64,000 bases of DNA from NCBI GenBank assembly GCA_002633005.1, contig NMRA01000216.1:278241-342240 (forward strand). The letters are read 5' to 3'. Positions 13,501-26,041 of the stretch are shown in pieces. A model generated the notes under the pieces. That model had not been told where the DNA came from and searched no databases. It saw only the letters and a list, made by a program, of their open reading frames with translations. Source of the DNA: Phoronis australis. Taxonomy: Eukaryota; Animalia; Phoronida. Each line of letters begins with the position of its first letter. Position 1 is the first letter of the stretch. The translations under genes were made by a program, and so were the position numbers.

Positions 13501-16500
13501 TGTGTTGAGCATAGATATGCGCTACATTTGATTAAATTTGACAATTCATGTGCTTTCCTAGATGGTTCCTTCTAATTTGTAGAAATTTTGGAAATGACAA
13601 AAAGAGTTCCCTTCCCCAAAAAACTTGTGCCAAATGAAAAGCTGGGAACTCCTGGGAAGTATCTTCACTTTACATGGTATTTCACGATTTTGGGGCATTC
13701 TGCTATGCTTGACAAAAAATCACTAGCACCTTGGTTTACTGTTTTGTGAGTAAATTGACTGGACATGTGGAAGGTGAAAGCTGTATCCTGTAACACTCGT
13801 GCAGAACTCGTGAAACAAGTTGTGAGTGAGAACATTCTAAGACAAACTGCGACATGTTGAAGTGCCAGAGTGTACACCATATAATGGTGTGTGTCTTGTT
13901 ACAGTCATGTTTGCCTACGAACAGTGTCTTCTCTGCTTGGGTCATCATCCAGATGTGTGGTATGAGGCAGCGTCCTATCTGGAACAGTCCAGCAAACTGC
14001 TAACAGAAAAGGGGGTAAGACAACTGAGAACAGAAACTTGATATGGTTTTTGTTGTTGAGAGGTCTTCAGATTTTGATGTAGGATTTTATGCTGCTGTTG
14101 AATTTACTAGGTGAATATTAGGGGAGTTTTTACGTAGTGTCTACCCTGTGAACTATTTTCTATAATCCGGAAATGAAAGGCTTAGTATACACAAGGCTGT
14201 TGTCAAAACCGAGGGTATTGTTCTGAAAATAGCATTTTGTTAGGAACTAATTGTCTTCATGGGTTTTTCATCCTTATTTACGTAGTTCATGTAACTGGGT
14301 CATCTAAGCTTGGGGTAACATAATATCTCTGTTTGTTTGTAAACACATGTTACACAGAGTAGTTAAACAAACATTATGCACTGAAAGGCAATGGGACATT
14401 GCTAAGGACCTAGATGGAGCTGCACTTCGAAAATAATTAGTGGTGTCTTGGTCACTGCCCCTTAGCAGACTTGGACTCTGTGACCTGAAAAATCAACCAT
14501 GCGTTTAGAGTTTTGCAAAAATGGTTTCGAACTAGTATTTAAGGTTATGTTGGACCTTACTGACAAATCTGAGTATATTATTAAGTATCTACAAAACTAT
14601 AGAATTAAATTTGTAAAAATATTTATTTCCTGAATGTAGAAAGCCTGTAGCATTTAATTTTTGACTTTTTTCTAATCTGACATAGATTGGGTCACTTCTT
14701 AGGAATTAGGAAAATTTAGCTAAAACAAAGGTACATTGAAAGCGAAACAATAGCATGATTAAATTTTATTTGATATAAATGTTGAAGGTGAAATCTCAAA
14801 AACGCTTTCGTTTTCTTTTTATAATGTGTAACTTTTAAATTTTTTTTCATGAAAATCGTGAAAGTTTTATTTTTCGATAACCTTGCAAAATTGGAATACT
14901 TTGAAAAATACCTAACATTGGTTTTTTAGAATGCGCCATAAATCATAGCATCTGAAAGTTTCATATGAATTCGATCAACCATTTCCAAAATATGATGTCT
15001 CAAAGTTAGCCAGATTTGGACATTTTTCTAAGGTCTTGCAAAACCTTAAATAAACTAAAGTTGTAGAATTTGAGGAAGCATAGTAGTTGCATTGGATTTA
15101 TTATGTAGTGCTGAAAATTTTCAATTGTACTGTCAGCTCTTGTTACCTGTATATTTCCAGTCTCTCCTTTTTACAAGGTTTTTATGAAGTCATCTTTGTG
15201 TATTTTTGTATCATCACTCAGTATTGATGGCACATTGTTATTTGTAGGACCAAAACGCTGGTAAGCTGTTTGCTGATGAAGCTGCTGCCATCTATGAGAG
15301 AGCAGTTACATCAACTATGACAGCAAGCATGCTCATTCATTTTGCCTATGCAGATTTCGAAGAGGTGGGTTGATATTAAATGTAGCAATGCTAAATAATT
15401 ACTTACAGGGGTCCTGCCTTTTGAGAACTAGTTTGACGCCTGTTATTCAGTGGACAAAACTGGTTCTCAAAATGTAGGATCCTTGTAAATGACTTACTAC
15501 TAAGGAAATGCACTGCATCTTGTAAGGCTGGTTGTTTTGTTATCAAATGTTGATTTACATTTTCTCAAATATTGGGACATCTTGCCTGTTTAAAATACAG
15601 ACTTACGAAGAAAAGCTAATAGACATTGCACTTTGTGAAATCATGCAAAACAATCCTTTTATTAATATTTTGTAGAGAATCTTAAGAGTTTAACCTGATG
15701 TTGAACATAATCCTGATAACATGGATGAACAGTTATTGTAAATTTCCATAAAATAATAAAAAATCAATTATAATGTAGCGTACAGTCACACGCACATTAG
15801 ATGTCTCTCTTGTTGTTGTTGTTGACCCAGCGGTTTACATGCGTATAATGATAATACCATAACAGTGGCTCATAAAACTTTATTTATGATATGATACGTT
15901 AACACTATCTGATGTTGTATAGATTGTTTTGGCTCTATTGCTCAGGTTTCACAACCTGTTTGAATGTGTGTATTATTCTTGTCTGCACATTTTAGCTTTG
16001 GCTTCAAAAGTGAAGTATTACTATGTATGGGTTACATCATGTTTTTCAGAGTCGTATGAAATACGAAAAGGTGCATAGCATCTATAAGAAGTTTGTAGCT
16101 GTTACTGATATTGACCCCACTTTGGTAGGTGTTCTCTTGTACATAATGTAAGAAAATTACTGATCAGAAAACATCAATTGTATAATTATTTGGCAAGTTA
16201 CCTGTACAACTCATCGTAATTTACGTGTTGACATTCATGACTTAAGCCAAAAAGTAACAGGAGACAACACGCAAAAAGAGATTTGACAATCGATTTGTGC
16301 CAAGCGCTTAAACGTTTATTTCCATTTCGTTTCCTTGGTTATGTTTAACTTTGGCTGTACTAAGAAATAAAAGTAGTTATTGCAACAAAGTTAGACTTCA
16401 CCTTATCTTCGTTATGGTGCAAAACTTTTGTTTCATTGTAGGCTTATGTACAATACATGAAGTTTTCACGGAGAGCTGAAGGTATCAAAACCGCCCGTTC

Positions 16501-19500
16501 AGTATTCAAGATGGCACGCGAAGACCCCAGATCAAAGTTTCACGTTTTCGTAGCTGCAGCACTCATGGAATACTACTGTAGTAAGGTAGTGTCTAACTCT
16601 GTTTAAGGACAGTCACATTGTTCACAACTTGTAGTAATAGCTGAAGCATCAATAGTGCCACATAGAGCCACCTGTTGGCATTAACACGGAATTATCTCTG
16701 TGTTTAAGGACTGTCACATTGAGCACAACTTGTAGCAGTACGGTAGCTGAAGCTTCAACAGTGCCACTTAGAGCCATCTGTTGTCATTAGCATGGAATTA
16801 AATATGTGTTTAAGGACAGTCACATTGATAACAACTTATAGCAGTAGGTGCAGCATAAACAGTGCCATGTGGAGCCATCAGTTGGTATAATGCAGAATTA
16901 ACTCTGTTTAACGACAGTCACACTGACCACAGCTTATAAAAGTAGCTGCAGCCTCAACAGTACCATGTGGAGCCATCTGTTGGTATTAATGTAAACTTAA
17001 TAAGTCAACAATCAAATGTTTTTGCATAAGACGGCAACTTTATAGTTGAACTTGACAGTTCAGAAAGCTAGTCATAATTACATTATCAAGAGATTGAGAA
17101 ATAGCAGGGATGTGACGAGTGGTAGCTAGGTTGCAAATCTTGGGCTATTTTTCTGTGGTCACGAACAAACAAGGAATTTCATTAATATACAAAAATATTG
17201 TTTATTACTTATATAGTATTAAAAATCTGCTACGGCCAGAGTGCAGCCTCATAAACACCCCAGTCGTGATGGTTGTAGTTGGATGCAATGAATACTTTCA
17301 GTCATCCAGTTAAGTAAATAATATGTAGAAAATTAAATCAATTACTGGACTTACTGATTGAGTTGGCTACGAACAAGTGGAGAAACCTAGCTTAAACAGA
17401 CGAGGGGGCCTGAGGTTTCTGTTGCCAAGAACATGGGATAGGGCACTAAAGAGTATCCCACGCCAACTGTGCTGTCGATCACATGATGAGTCATGTAATA
17501 TCTTAGTGGCCTGCCAAAGTCCTCGAGAGGAAGATGCAATGTAGCCAACTCAATCCATAAGTCCAGTAAGTGATTTATACATATTGTAGTTGGATGTTTA
17601 TGATCTTAAATGTTAATATAGTGTTCAAATCTTAGTCCTAAAATGAGTCTCTGATTAGGATTTAATCTCCTGTTATTTTCCTGTACCTTGTCGGTCTTGA
17701 ATTTATTTTGTTAATTTTCTCTCAAGAAAAGTTGAAGTTTAAATTTATAAGATTTTACAATGAAATGCAATATCTGAAAATTTTTCCGCAATTAACATAT
17801 TTGTAAAAAGGTTGGCTTTGAGGATTGAAAAGTATTGCTTGGAAGACACAGCAATGTGGTCATGTGTAATAGTGGTTTTACACAATCATGCTTGTATATT
17901 TTCTACCTCTTTTAAAGAAGAGCCTGTGAAAACACGTGTTGTTGCTCTTCTTAGATTGAAGATTTCTTTGTTAGGGTGGGAATTCATGTACTCGATGGCT
18001 GTTACTATTGTAGGACAAAGGAATTGCCTTCAAAATATTTGAGCTTGGCTTGAAGAAATATGGAAACTTCCCGGACTTCATCAAAAGTTACATCGACTAC
18101 ATGTCTCATTTAAATGGTGAGTGTTATTTTTGTTGACCCTTTGTTTATAGTCTTCGATGGCATCACCAGAGATATATGGTACATGAAAAACAGAGAATTG
18201 CTTTACTCTTGTAAAAGAATGTTTCAATAGTGCTCATAATTTGATTGTTATTTTGCTGACAATATTTTGTCTTTACGAGCATTTGCTTTGAAAGCCTGGC
18301 AAATCGCTTACAAACAAGAATTTGATATCACTACCACCAATACTATCCAAGATGATGAATCTGTATTTCAGAGGACAACAACACTAGAGTTTTGTTTGAA
18401 CGAGTTCTCTCATCAAACCAGCTGGCTATGGAAGACTCTCTGTAAGTGACTTGACTATCCATCCACTTGCATAATACTTAGGGTCTGCTTTAGGATGAGT
18501 AGGAAGTGTCTCTACCATTTACCGTGATATTCTGTGTTGCCTGAACAAACCTGGTCACACTTCTCTTAAGTGCTCGTCATCTGGGATTCTGTGGAATTGA
18601 AGGTATTTTTGATGGTGTTATATTAAGTCTGTGACATTTAACTGATATGGTGCTGACATATTGTGAGCACTATTGGGTTCATGTTTCTAGAATTTTCTTT
18701 GATGGGCCCTGTTAAATTATTGTCCAATCAAAAGACGGCATTCTACCTTATGTAGATTTGTGTGGCCAATACTGCAAGCATAATGGTCTCATAACGACCA
18801 CATTGGCACTGGTTTTACATGGCACTTCTTGAATTTCAGGGACATCTGGAATCAGTTTCTTGATTTCGAGTCCAATGTTGGGGACCTGGCCAGTATTGTT
18901 AAGGTTGAGAAGCGAAGGAACCAAGTCATGGAGAAGGTTTGTACATGTCTCTAACCTGTCCACTCTTCTCATGTCATCCGGGTTACTTTGCATATTTGTC
19001 CAAACACGGATTCAGGAACAGTGGAGAGGTTGGACAAGGGTAAAATGATGGGATTACTTGAGCTTCCTTCATGTGAGCAAAATAATATAGATCCACACTC
19101 AGTGTCTCGGCACTTTGTTTGTTGATTGAATTAGAAATGGCTACTTCTGTGCTACTGTTATCGAACCGCTGTCCACAAGTCCCTGCAAGTCTGTTTTTTT
19201 TTAACGGGAACCATTTACTCATTCGAGCAAACAACTTACTAGAATCCTTAGTCAAACATGTAGTAACTTGTATTTCGTACTACCCTCACAGATTGTATAG
19301 CAGGAAATTTATTGTCTGATATGCAAGTGATGGAAGTTGACAAATGAAAGTTGATCTGGTGTATAGCCATATGAATTTCCAGTGTCAAGATATTTAATGA
19401 ATAGTTCTCTTGTTTCAGTTACAAGAGTTTGAAGGGAAGGAGACATGTCAGTTGATTGACAGGTACAAGTATATGGACCTGTTGCCCTGTACACCGATGG

Positions 19501-21687
19501 AGCTGAGAGCTCTTGGCTATAAGGTTTGTACCTCACTAACTTAATGTTACATCTTTAATTCACTGATTAGATCATCACGCTCTCAGGTGCTAAATTGTCT
19601 GAAGTTATGTAATGTCACAACACTTTCGTACAAAGGCAATTAGTAAATTTGCCCTGATTTCATATTAATTTTAAGGTGTTCTAAATCATTGTGAATGTCC
19701 GTAATTTACCAAAACGTTGTCTAATGGTTGCTATTGTACAACACTATGGTAAACATTAAAATGTGTGAAAAAATTTTAAGTAAATACAACTTCGCTTGCA
19801 CACCATATTGTGTCCTAAATTACTGTTACCAGTAATTCCCTCTAGTGTTCGGATCACTGGATACCTTTTTTTGAACAAAAATGAGAAAACGATTTCTTTG
19901 TCTGTGTCCTAATTTGATGGGATTTTATGGTAAAAAGAAAGTGTAACCTCGGTATTTTGGCATTGTAATATGTCAGAAAAACGACAAGAAAACATAGCAG
20001 TGTGGTTGACGAATATGGCAGTAGGATAACTTGTCGTCACTGTGAAATTCCTGTTGTTCTCACCGTGATTTTGTATTCAACTGTGTTTAGGATAAACATC
20101 CCAGTACTGTGCCATCATCAGTAATAACAGTAGTGTCAGAGTCCAGCGGTAAGAAAGCTGATCTCGATGACCTAGCAGATCAGGGTCCACGCTACCCCAA
20201 ACCTGACACGGGCCAGATGTTGCCCTTCAAGCCAAGACTCAATGTCCGTGAGTAGCATTTTGTTTTCTGTGATCTTCATCGTATAATTGTCCGTAAGCGT
20301 TTTGGATTTAGTACAGTTAAATGCTGTTAATCTCTCACGATGCATTTGTGGTTTAGCTTATTGTGTTGTCAATTGAGACAGTTCGGATTGTCTCTTCAGT
20401 CCAGCTTCCACTAGTTTCAGTTGTTGCCGTATCATACTTTTTTGTTGTTGCCAGTTCTGGTAGTTTCTAGTTCATTAGATAGGAATTCATAACTTCCACC
20501 TTTTCGTCTCGTCGTGAAATGGATCCAAGGTTTGTCTGCGTGTTCTGGTCCGATGTTTGCTTGTGACTGACAGTTCTGCACTTATATTGTCTGATTGTCA
20601 TTCGTCCATTACAGCTGTTGGAAGTCTACCTGTGCCTGGGGGAATATTCGGTCCACCAGTAGCTGTTGGTCAACTCATGGCTAATCTACCCCCGCCTTCG
20701 TCTTTTAACGTAAGTTTCATGATACTAACAGTGGTAACTTAGTGTTAAGTTTCACAAGAGGCATGATGTATCGTTTTAGCTGTGACACTACTTGGCTGCA
20801 TGGTTGCAAAAAGTACCTGGATTGAACCTCGTTCGGGGACGAGATCTTTTCAGACTAAATACATTTGACAGGATTTGGCCACCGTATGGCTTATATGAAG
20901 ACTATTGATTCTTATTTATCTGATATCTGTTTCAGCTCAATGCCAGAATTAAACTTGTATAGATCAGCAATAGCCTTTTGCAAAAGTTCCGATTTAAACT
21001 TTGATGTTGGTTGTGAACAGACTATTCGTATGCCTTTATTTGGACAATCTTTTCATTAAAAGTTCAGCAGCATATTTTCCATGCATATAGGAGTTTTTTT
21101 TTTGACCATTTTCTTCTTTTTTGATCAATAAGATTTTCTACTTTCAGGGTCCATTTGTAATAATGGATAAATTCATCGAGACCCTGAAAAATCTCTCCCT
21201 ACCAGATGGTAAGACTGCTAAGTGCTGCTTTTTGCTTTAATGTTTTCTTTTTTAAGTATGTAGCAGTAATTTAGGTGCACAATTCCTTCGTTCGCACTGC
21301 AATTTCTATCCTCTCATGTTACTCATCTTCACTCGTGTGTGCTGGGATATGAGCCACCAGTGATAGTAAAGCTCGTGTGCCTGGGTGTCGTGTGAACACA
21401 GTACTGTTATTTTAACTGGTAAATCATGTCTAGTCTGCAATGACTACCATTCTGTTTATTCTTTCAATAACCTGTGTGGGTATTCTTGTGTTAAAGGTCC
21501 ACCGACAACTGAAAATGGAGATGTTAAACTGGACCCGGGCACAGCCTACACTCTTGATGTGATGCGTGGTGGCGTTCCAAGGAAACGAAAAACTACGAAC
21601 AATGATGAGAGCGACGAAGAAGATAACTCATCAGCGCCACCTAGTAATGATATTTACCGGGCTCGTCAGCAGAAGAGAGTGAAATGA
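7596..21687 (+). CDS. CSTF3: Cleavage stimulation factor subunit 3 (CstF-77, HAT-repeat protein), 5'-partial, 18 exons in window
   Basis: Phase-consistent GT-AG exons: 7596-7628 ([11 protein letters not shown]), 10590-10687 ([19 protein letters not shown]), 11138-11239 ([15 protein letters not shown]), 11921-12047 ([22 protein letters not shown]), 12945-13103, 13332-13413 ([15 protein letters not shown]), 13905-14014 ([22 protein letters not shown]), 15248-15364, 16050-16124, 16442-16585, 18014-18116, 18372-18441, 18840-18936, 19419-19523, 20091-20247, 20615-20709, 21148-21208, 21497-21687 ([12 protein letters not shown]). Closely matches recalled vertebrate CstF-77. The exons encoding the N-terminal ~75 aa were not found in the window. 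Confidence 0.97.
10100..10370. repeat. Dispersed repeat shared with ~52160-52430
   Basis: Both copies contain ttttaaaatgttccacttttgc...tatcaaaaata...aaaaagatatgRtcacatga...ttaaagRcagattg. Confidence 0.6.
12561..12840. repeat. Old dispersed repeat family (MITE-like, ~290 bp)
   Basis: Shares ttttgatttagac...tggtctcaa...ggaggtgatttcag...ttattgcttgag...ttctcatctga...ttgagRccaa with 41095-41383, and partially with ~1045-1280, ~7840-7995 and ~1-260. Confidence 0.65.
14543..15045. mobile_element. Non-autonomous DNA transposon with TTAA target duplication (Kolobok-like)
   Basis: ttaa|ggttatgttggacctt...aaggtcttgcaaaacc|ttaa; imperfect terminal inverted repeats (TIRs) beginning GG. Confidence 0.7.
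16597..16990. repeat. Minisatellite, 4 diverged units of ~100 bp in a CSTF3 intron
   Basis: Recurring tgtttaaggacagtcacattg...acaacttgtag...tagctgaagc...agtgcca...gagccaYctgttgg...gaatta, with units starting near 16600, 16701, 16806 and 16905. Confidence 0.9.
17334..17577. mobile_element. MITE with ~37-bp terminal inverted repeats
   Basis: taaatcaattactggacttactgattgagttggctac ... gtagccaactcaatccataagtccagtaagtgattta. Confidence 0.8.
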
Positions 21688-23635
21688 TTTTACTAGCCTT
21701 ATTCAGATTCTTAGTTGATTTCCATGCAGAAATATTTTCAAGTGGTTTTCTGAGCCATACTTTAAAAGTAGTTGGTAGTTGAAACCAGCCAGGATAAGTG
21801 CACGTCTGATGTATGGTAGAAATAGTAGGCAGAAAGACGCATTGAAAGTTATTTGTATGTTAAGCTCATTACTTCTTATTGAAAAAAGTGAACCTATATT
21901 CGGTGTACTTTTGAAGCCTTAATTTCAAACGGAGGTGAAATAAGTTTGAAACAGTTTAACAAGCAACAATTTATTCTAGACATTGCCATCCTGACCAAAA
22001 CACAACCTTAGAAAAGTAGCAGAGTTTCTACTTGCCAGTTATGACTTACATGAACTGATAATAGCCAAAGAAAACATCACTCACCATTTGCATTAAGTAT
22101 GTCCTCAGATGATAGTGGTGTTGCCTAATATGCAACTACACACTGTCGCTTTAATAAATACATCATGAGAAACGTGTTGTTTGGCTGCCATTGCCCATGT
22201 CTCTGGTTGTCAGTTGGACCGAAGTACTGGTATTAAGGAAGGGAGACAGTGCATTGTAATTGCAGAGAAAATAGGCTTTTACATGACGTGTTTGCTCTGC
22301 AACAAAACGGGTAGACCCTAAATATTTTAACAACTCCCGGTGTTGTTGGCTAACTTTTAGATATTTTATATCTAGTTTTAGACTCCTTCTGGTGGTAACG
22401 TGTCAAAGCAATTCACACTGTCTGTTCTGTTTAAAGAAAGAGTTGTGGTTGTAATTTTATTGTTAATAAAACTGTTCAGTTGTGAATATTGAAATATTGT
22501 TCAATATGGAACGAGATCTGTCACAAGTGTTAAAACTCACTTCTGTTTATGTTGTATCAAGTGCTACATGACAAGGCAAAAATGACCAACTTTAAAGTAT
22601 TAATAATAAAGATAAAATAAGAGGTTTTTTAAGTGAAAAAGAACACTTACGGATTTCATTCGGACCACAGTGTAAACATAAAAAACAAGTGTTGATTCAC
22701 CTTATGTCATAAATCGATTTTGTAAATCAAAACATCGACTTGCTGTGTTGCGAAATGAAGAATTTCAAGATGATGATGGTATTGTCTACACAGCACACCA
22801 TATGGCTTTTAATGGTATCCTATTTGGACTTGTTAGTGCAGTCATTCAACCATGCTGTATAAAGTGTTAATACTGTGGTGATTGAGAAGCTGTTATAGGT
22901 TAGGTTAGCAAGTTTTAAATGTATTAGGTGTTCCAACATGGTCAGGGGTTGCTGCTTTGGTCATGTAAAGTAGTAAAAAGGAGAAATTGTAAATTATTGC
23001 CTAGATAATAAGCCTTTTTCGCTTTAATTTGCCAATGTTACCCAGCTTTGTAAATAATATAGACTGCCACTGACTGAACTCTGTTTGTTGTGTCCTTTTC
23101 CAAGTTCACTTATCAATAAAAGTACAAATATTTTAGTAACTCATTGTTGATTATTTTTATGAAAGTTGTGTCATGCAGTGTGGGGGTTACCGATTTCAGA
23201 TCATTGTTTGGCAATCTTGTGATATGAATTTACTGGTCAGGTCTTTTATGGGAGTAGCTACTAACTGTTAATTTAAGTGTTGTTTTGTATACCTTCAAAA
23301 AGCAGTGTCAGTAAAAGACAGATATATCTGAACAAGACTACGACATCAACAGAGTTTAACAAGACGAGCATGTAATATTTCTGATGGTTTGTTTCCGTAC
23401 CATTCAAAACAAAGAAAACTGGGCTGACTTGTGTAGCTAGAAAAACGACATCTCTGGAGACATGGATGTGTTTTCAGTGAGAGCACGGGATTTGGTTAGA
23501 TTTTTCTCGCAGTGACAGTTATTGAACGCTGGCCCATTTCTGTGCACTCCGTGAAACAATACAACTTTGTCTGCTTTCACTCGAGGCACTGACGGAAGAA
23601 CAACATATTGTAACTTCGGTCACTTTTATGGTCGC

Positions 23636-23718
23636 TTAGTGTACTTGCGACACTCACACTCTCCACAGGTCTCCAGATTGTCGGTCTCGTGCTCTTCCGA
23701 CTGAGCTACCTAAGACCC
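23636..23718 (-). mobile_element. Degenerate tRNA-derived sequence, probably a SINE head
   Basis: Minus strand reads GGTAGCTCAGTCGGAAGAGCAC (A-box/D-arm-like). The B box/T arm is degenerate, so this is not a functional tRNA. Confidence 0.5.
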
Positions 23719-24183
23719 GATATCTGTGCAATAACTGTTTGCACCCAAGAGTTTTATTATACATCCCATGAGAGACGCCAACGGCACAAGTAGTTATGTT
23801 TTTCACAGATGTCAATTCGGATGGGTTTGACACAATAGGCCTATGTGGCATCTAATGGACATTCTTATGATTCTAAAAATACTCACTAACCCCTTGCAAG
23901 GTCACAATTTGGCGTGTGAAGTCCTATTTTAAACAACAATCGGGACCACTGCTGTGCCTCCGAATGAATTTTTTTCCAAAAATCAGTGATTTGCGCCTGT
24001 GTTTGTCTTTACAGTTCCTTTGCGGATTTTCATTTAATTTTACCGGACAGTGTTCTAAGAAAGAAGACGACTTCTTGCTTTGAATACGTTCAATGTATTC
24101 TGTGCCATTTGATGACCATTTTTACGAAGCTTTTGTTTACAGGGGATCGAGCCGGTTCAGTGAAACCTCCCCTTACAAACATG

Positions 24184-24280
24184 AACTTAAGTTTTTCGCT
24201 GAAAACTTAAGTTTTTCAGTTGGCGAAAAATATCTTCCGAAAAACTTAAGTTTTTAAAAGAAACTTAAGTTTTTAAAACT
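24184..24280. repeat. Cluster of palindromic AACTTAAGTT motifs
   Basis: aacttaagttttt occurs four times within ~100 bp. Confidence 0.75.
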
Positions 24281-25999
24281 TGAATGATTACTCTGTGAAC
24301 TTAAGAGTTGTATTAACGTTCAAGTCTCTAAAACTGTCGAATTTACCCTAAGGACAAAATTCCTGGGGGTCTACGGTCCAGGGTAGTGTACAAATTTATT
24401 TGTGCTGGATGTGCATGGCTCCAGTTATATAGGCCAAACTGTTCGCCATTTGAAAAGCAGGACCAAGGAACATCTAAATTTCTGACAGATCGAAGTTCAC
24501 AAAGGCATGTAAATATTCACCTACAGACCTCCAATCATTGTTATCACCGGTGCTTTTTCTTCGCGCTTCACGCTGTTGCTGTTTCATTTTGCTATAGACA
24601 ACTAAATACAACCTATAAATGAAAGCGTTGATGGAACAAACGTGACCTTCCTGATAGAAGACAATCTTCAAGGACAAACTGCACAAAAAAGCTGAAAATC
24701 CCCCATCTTCAGTTGTATAAAGAAAACCCAATATTAACACAAATTTCATATGTCATTACCTAGTCTCTGTACGCTCCTCACTCACATGGGAACATTTGTA
24801 TCAAAAATTACTGTAAGCCACCATGTTTCAGTCCAGTTGTTAAATGTTATCAACTGTATTTAAAGATGTCGATAACCTGCAAAAGACGCATATTCATATG
24901 TTACCTCACTCAGTCTAACATGGTTGCTTTTCACTAACAGCGAATGCTGGGCAGTGGTTTGTAAGCTGAGAAATTGTGCCCGCCGGAGAGCAAGTGGTAC
25001 GGACAGTATTGTTTCACTGGACCACTTTTGTCTGATCATAAAGTCTTTACATACATTGGCGTATTGTTATGTGGGTCTGTACTGAGCTGAGAAAGGTAAA
25101 AATATCGTAGGCCAGAAAAGTCTAATCATCATCTATATGAAGAACATTCAAAACCTATCATAAACAGAACCTCAGAGAGTTGTGTTCTGTAACTATTGTC
25201 TGATTGTCATCAATATTTAGACCTGATGACATCACACAGCATACTGAGCGGTACCAATGAAAAACTAATATTCATTAAATTGCACGTTTAAAAAATGAAA
25301 TTAGTATTTCCACTTTATTTGCCAAAAAAAAACAACACTTTTTTGAAATGTTCAGCAAGTGTTATTTGAATTTCTTCCTTAATCAGATAAGAAAGGATTC
25401 AATGTACAGACCCCCGCTATAAGGCCATGCATGCTGCCAACGATTGACGATGTCATAAGTGAGATATAAAATGAAAACACTTTCACCACGGAATTAGGAG
25501 CAAATCACTGAAGTTGCGAGCTCTAAGCACTGGCGCCGGTACACACGGGGGGATGAGGTGGCAGCAGGTCACAACGGGGGCATGACAAACTCTTCATTGC
25601 AAAACCCCTCTCGGTACGGTATGTACTAGTCATTCATTGTACATACTAGCTCTTAATCCTTTTCATTGCAAAGGTCCCAGGTTGCCAGTCACGTACCCCA
25701 CCCAACCCAAGACACCTTTGGAAACAAGACCAGAATATACATAATCATCCGCGGGGCAATAAAAATCATAATTCGATAACAGTTATATTAACTTCACGAC
25801 AAACAAATTCGTGTCCACCATTCGAAATTTTACCAGAGATGCTATATCCCAAGTAGGTAACTATAAAATCTTTGATTTTACTTAACAGCTGCATACTAGA
25901 TGTCGCAAACGCTTGCTTAATCTCAAGATGAGTTGCGTCGTGAACTCGGAACAGAAATTTATATCAAGCTCACGATTCCAACTTCAGCTGTCAGCAGCT

Positions 26000-26016
26000 C
26001 TCACTAGGTGGCGCTA
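26000..26016 (+). promoter_or_regulatory. CTCF-like motif just upstream of the CEP15 start codon
   Basis: CTCACTAGGTGGCGCTA closely fits the CTCF core consensus (CCACYAGRKGGCGC). Motif match only. Confidence 0.5.
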
Positions 26017-26041
26017 CAGAAATTGATCGCAGTTGTGAAAA

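Noticed and set aside
16597-16990. Repeat array as a CRISPR locus
   Set aside because: Whole ~100-bp units are homologous, with no unique spacers and no cas genes; it lies in a eukaryotic intron.
23636-23718. Functional tRNA gene
   Set aside because: The A-box/D-arm is present, but the T arm lacks GTTCRA and the cloverleaf cannot be completed.
25500-25720. GC-richer patch as an ncRNA or a divergent gene upstream of CEP15
   Set aside because: I could not identify an RNA family motif or a spliceable reading frame; it is probably promoter-flanking sequence.
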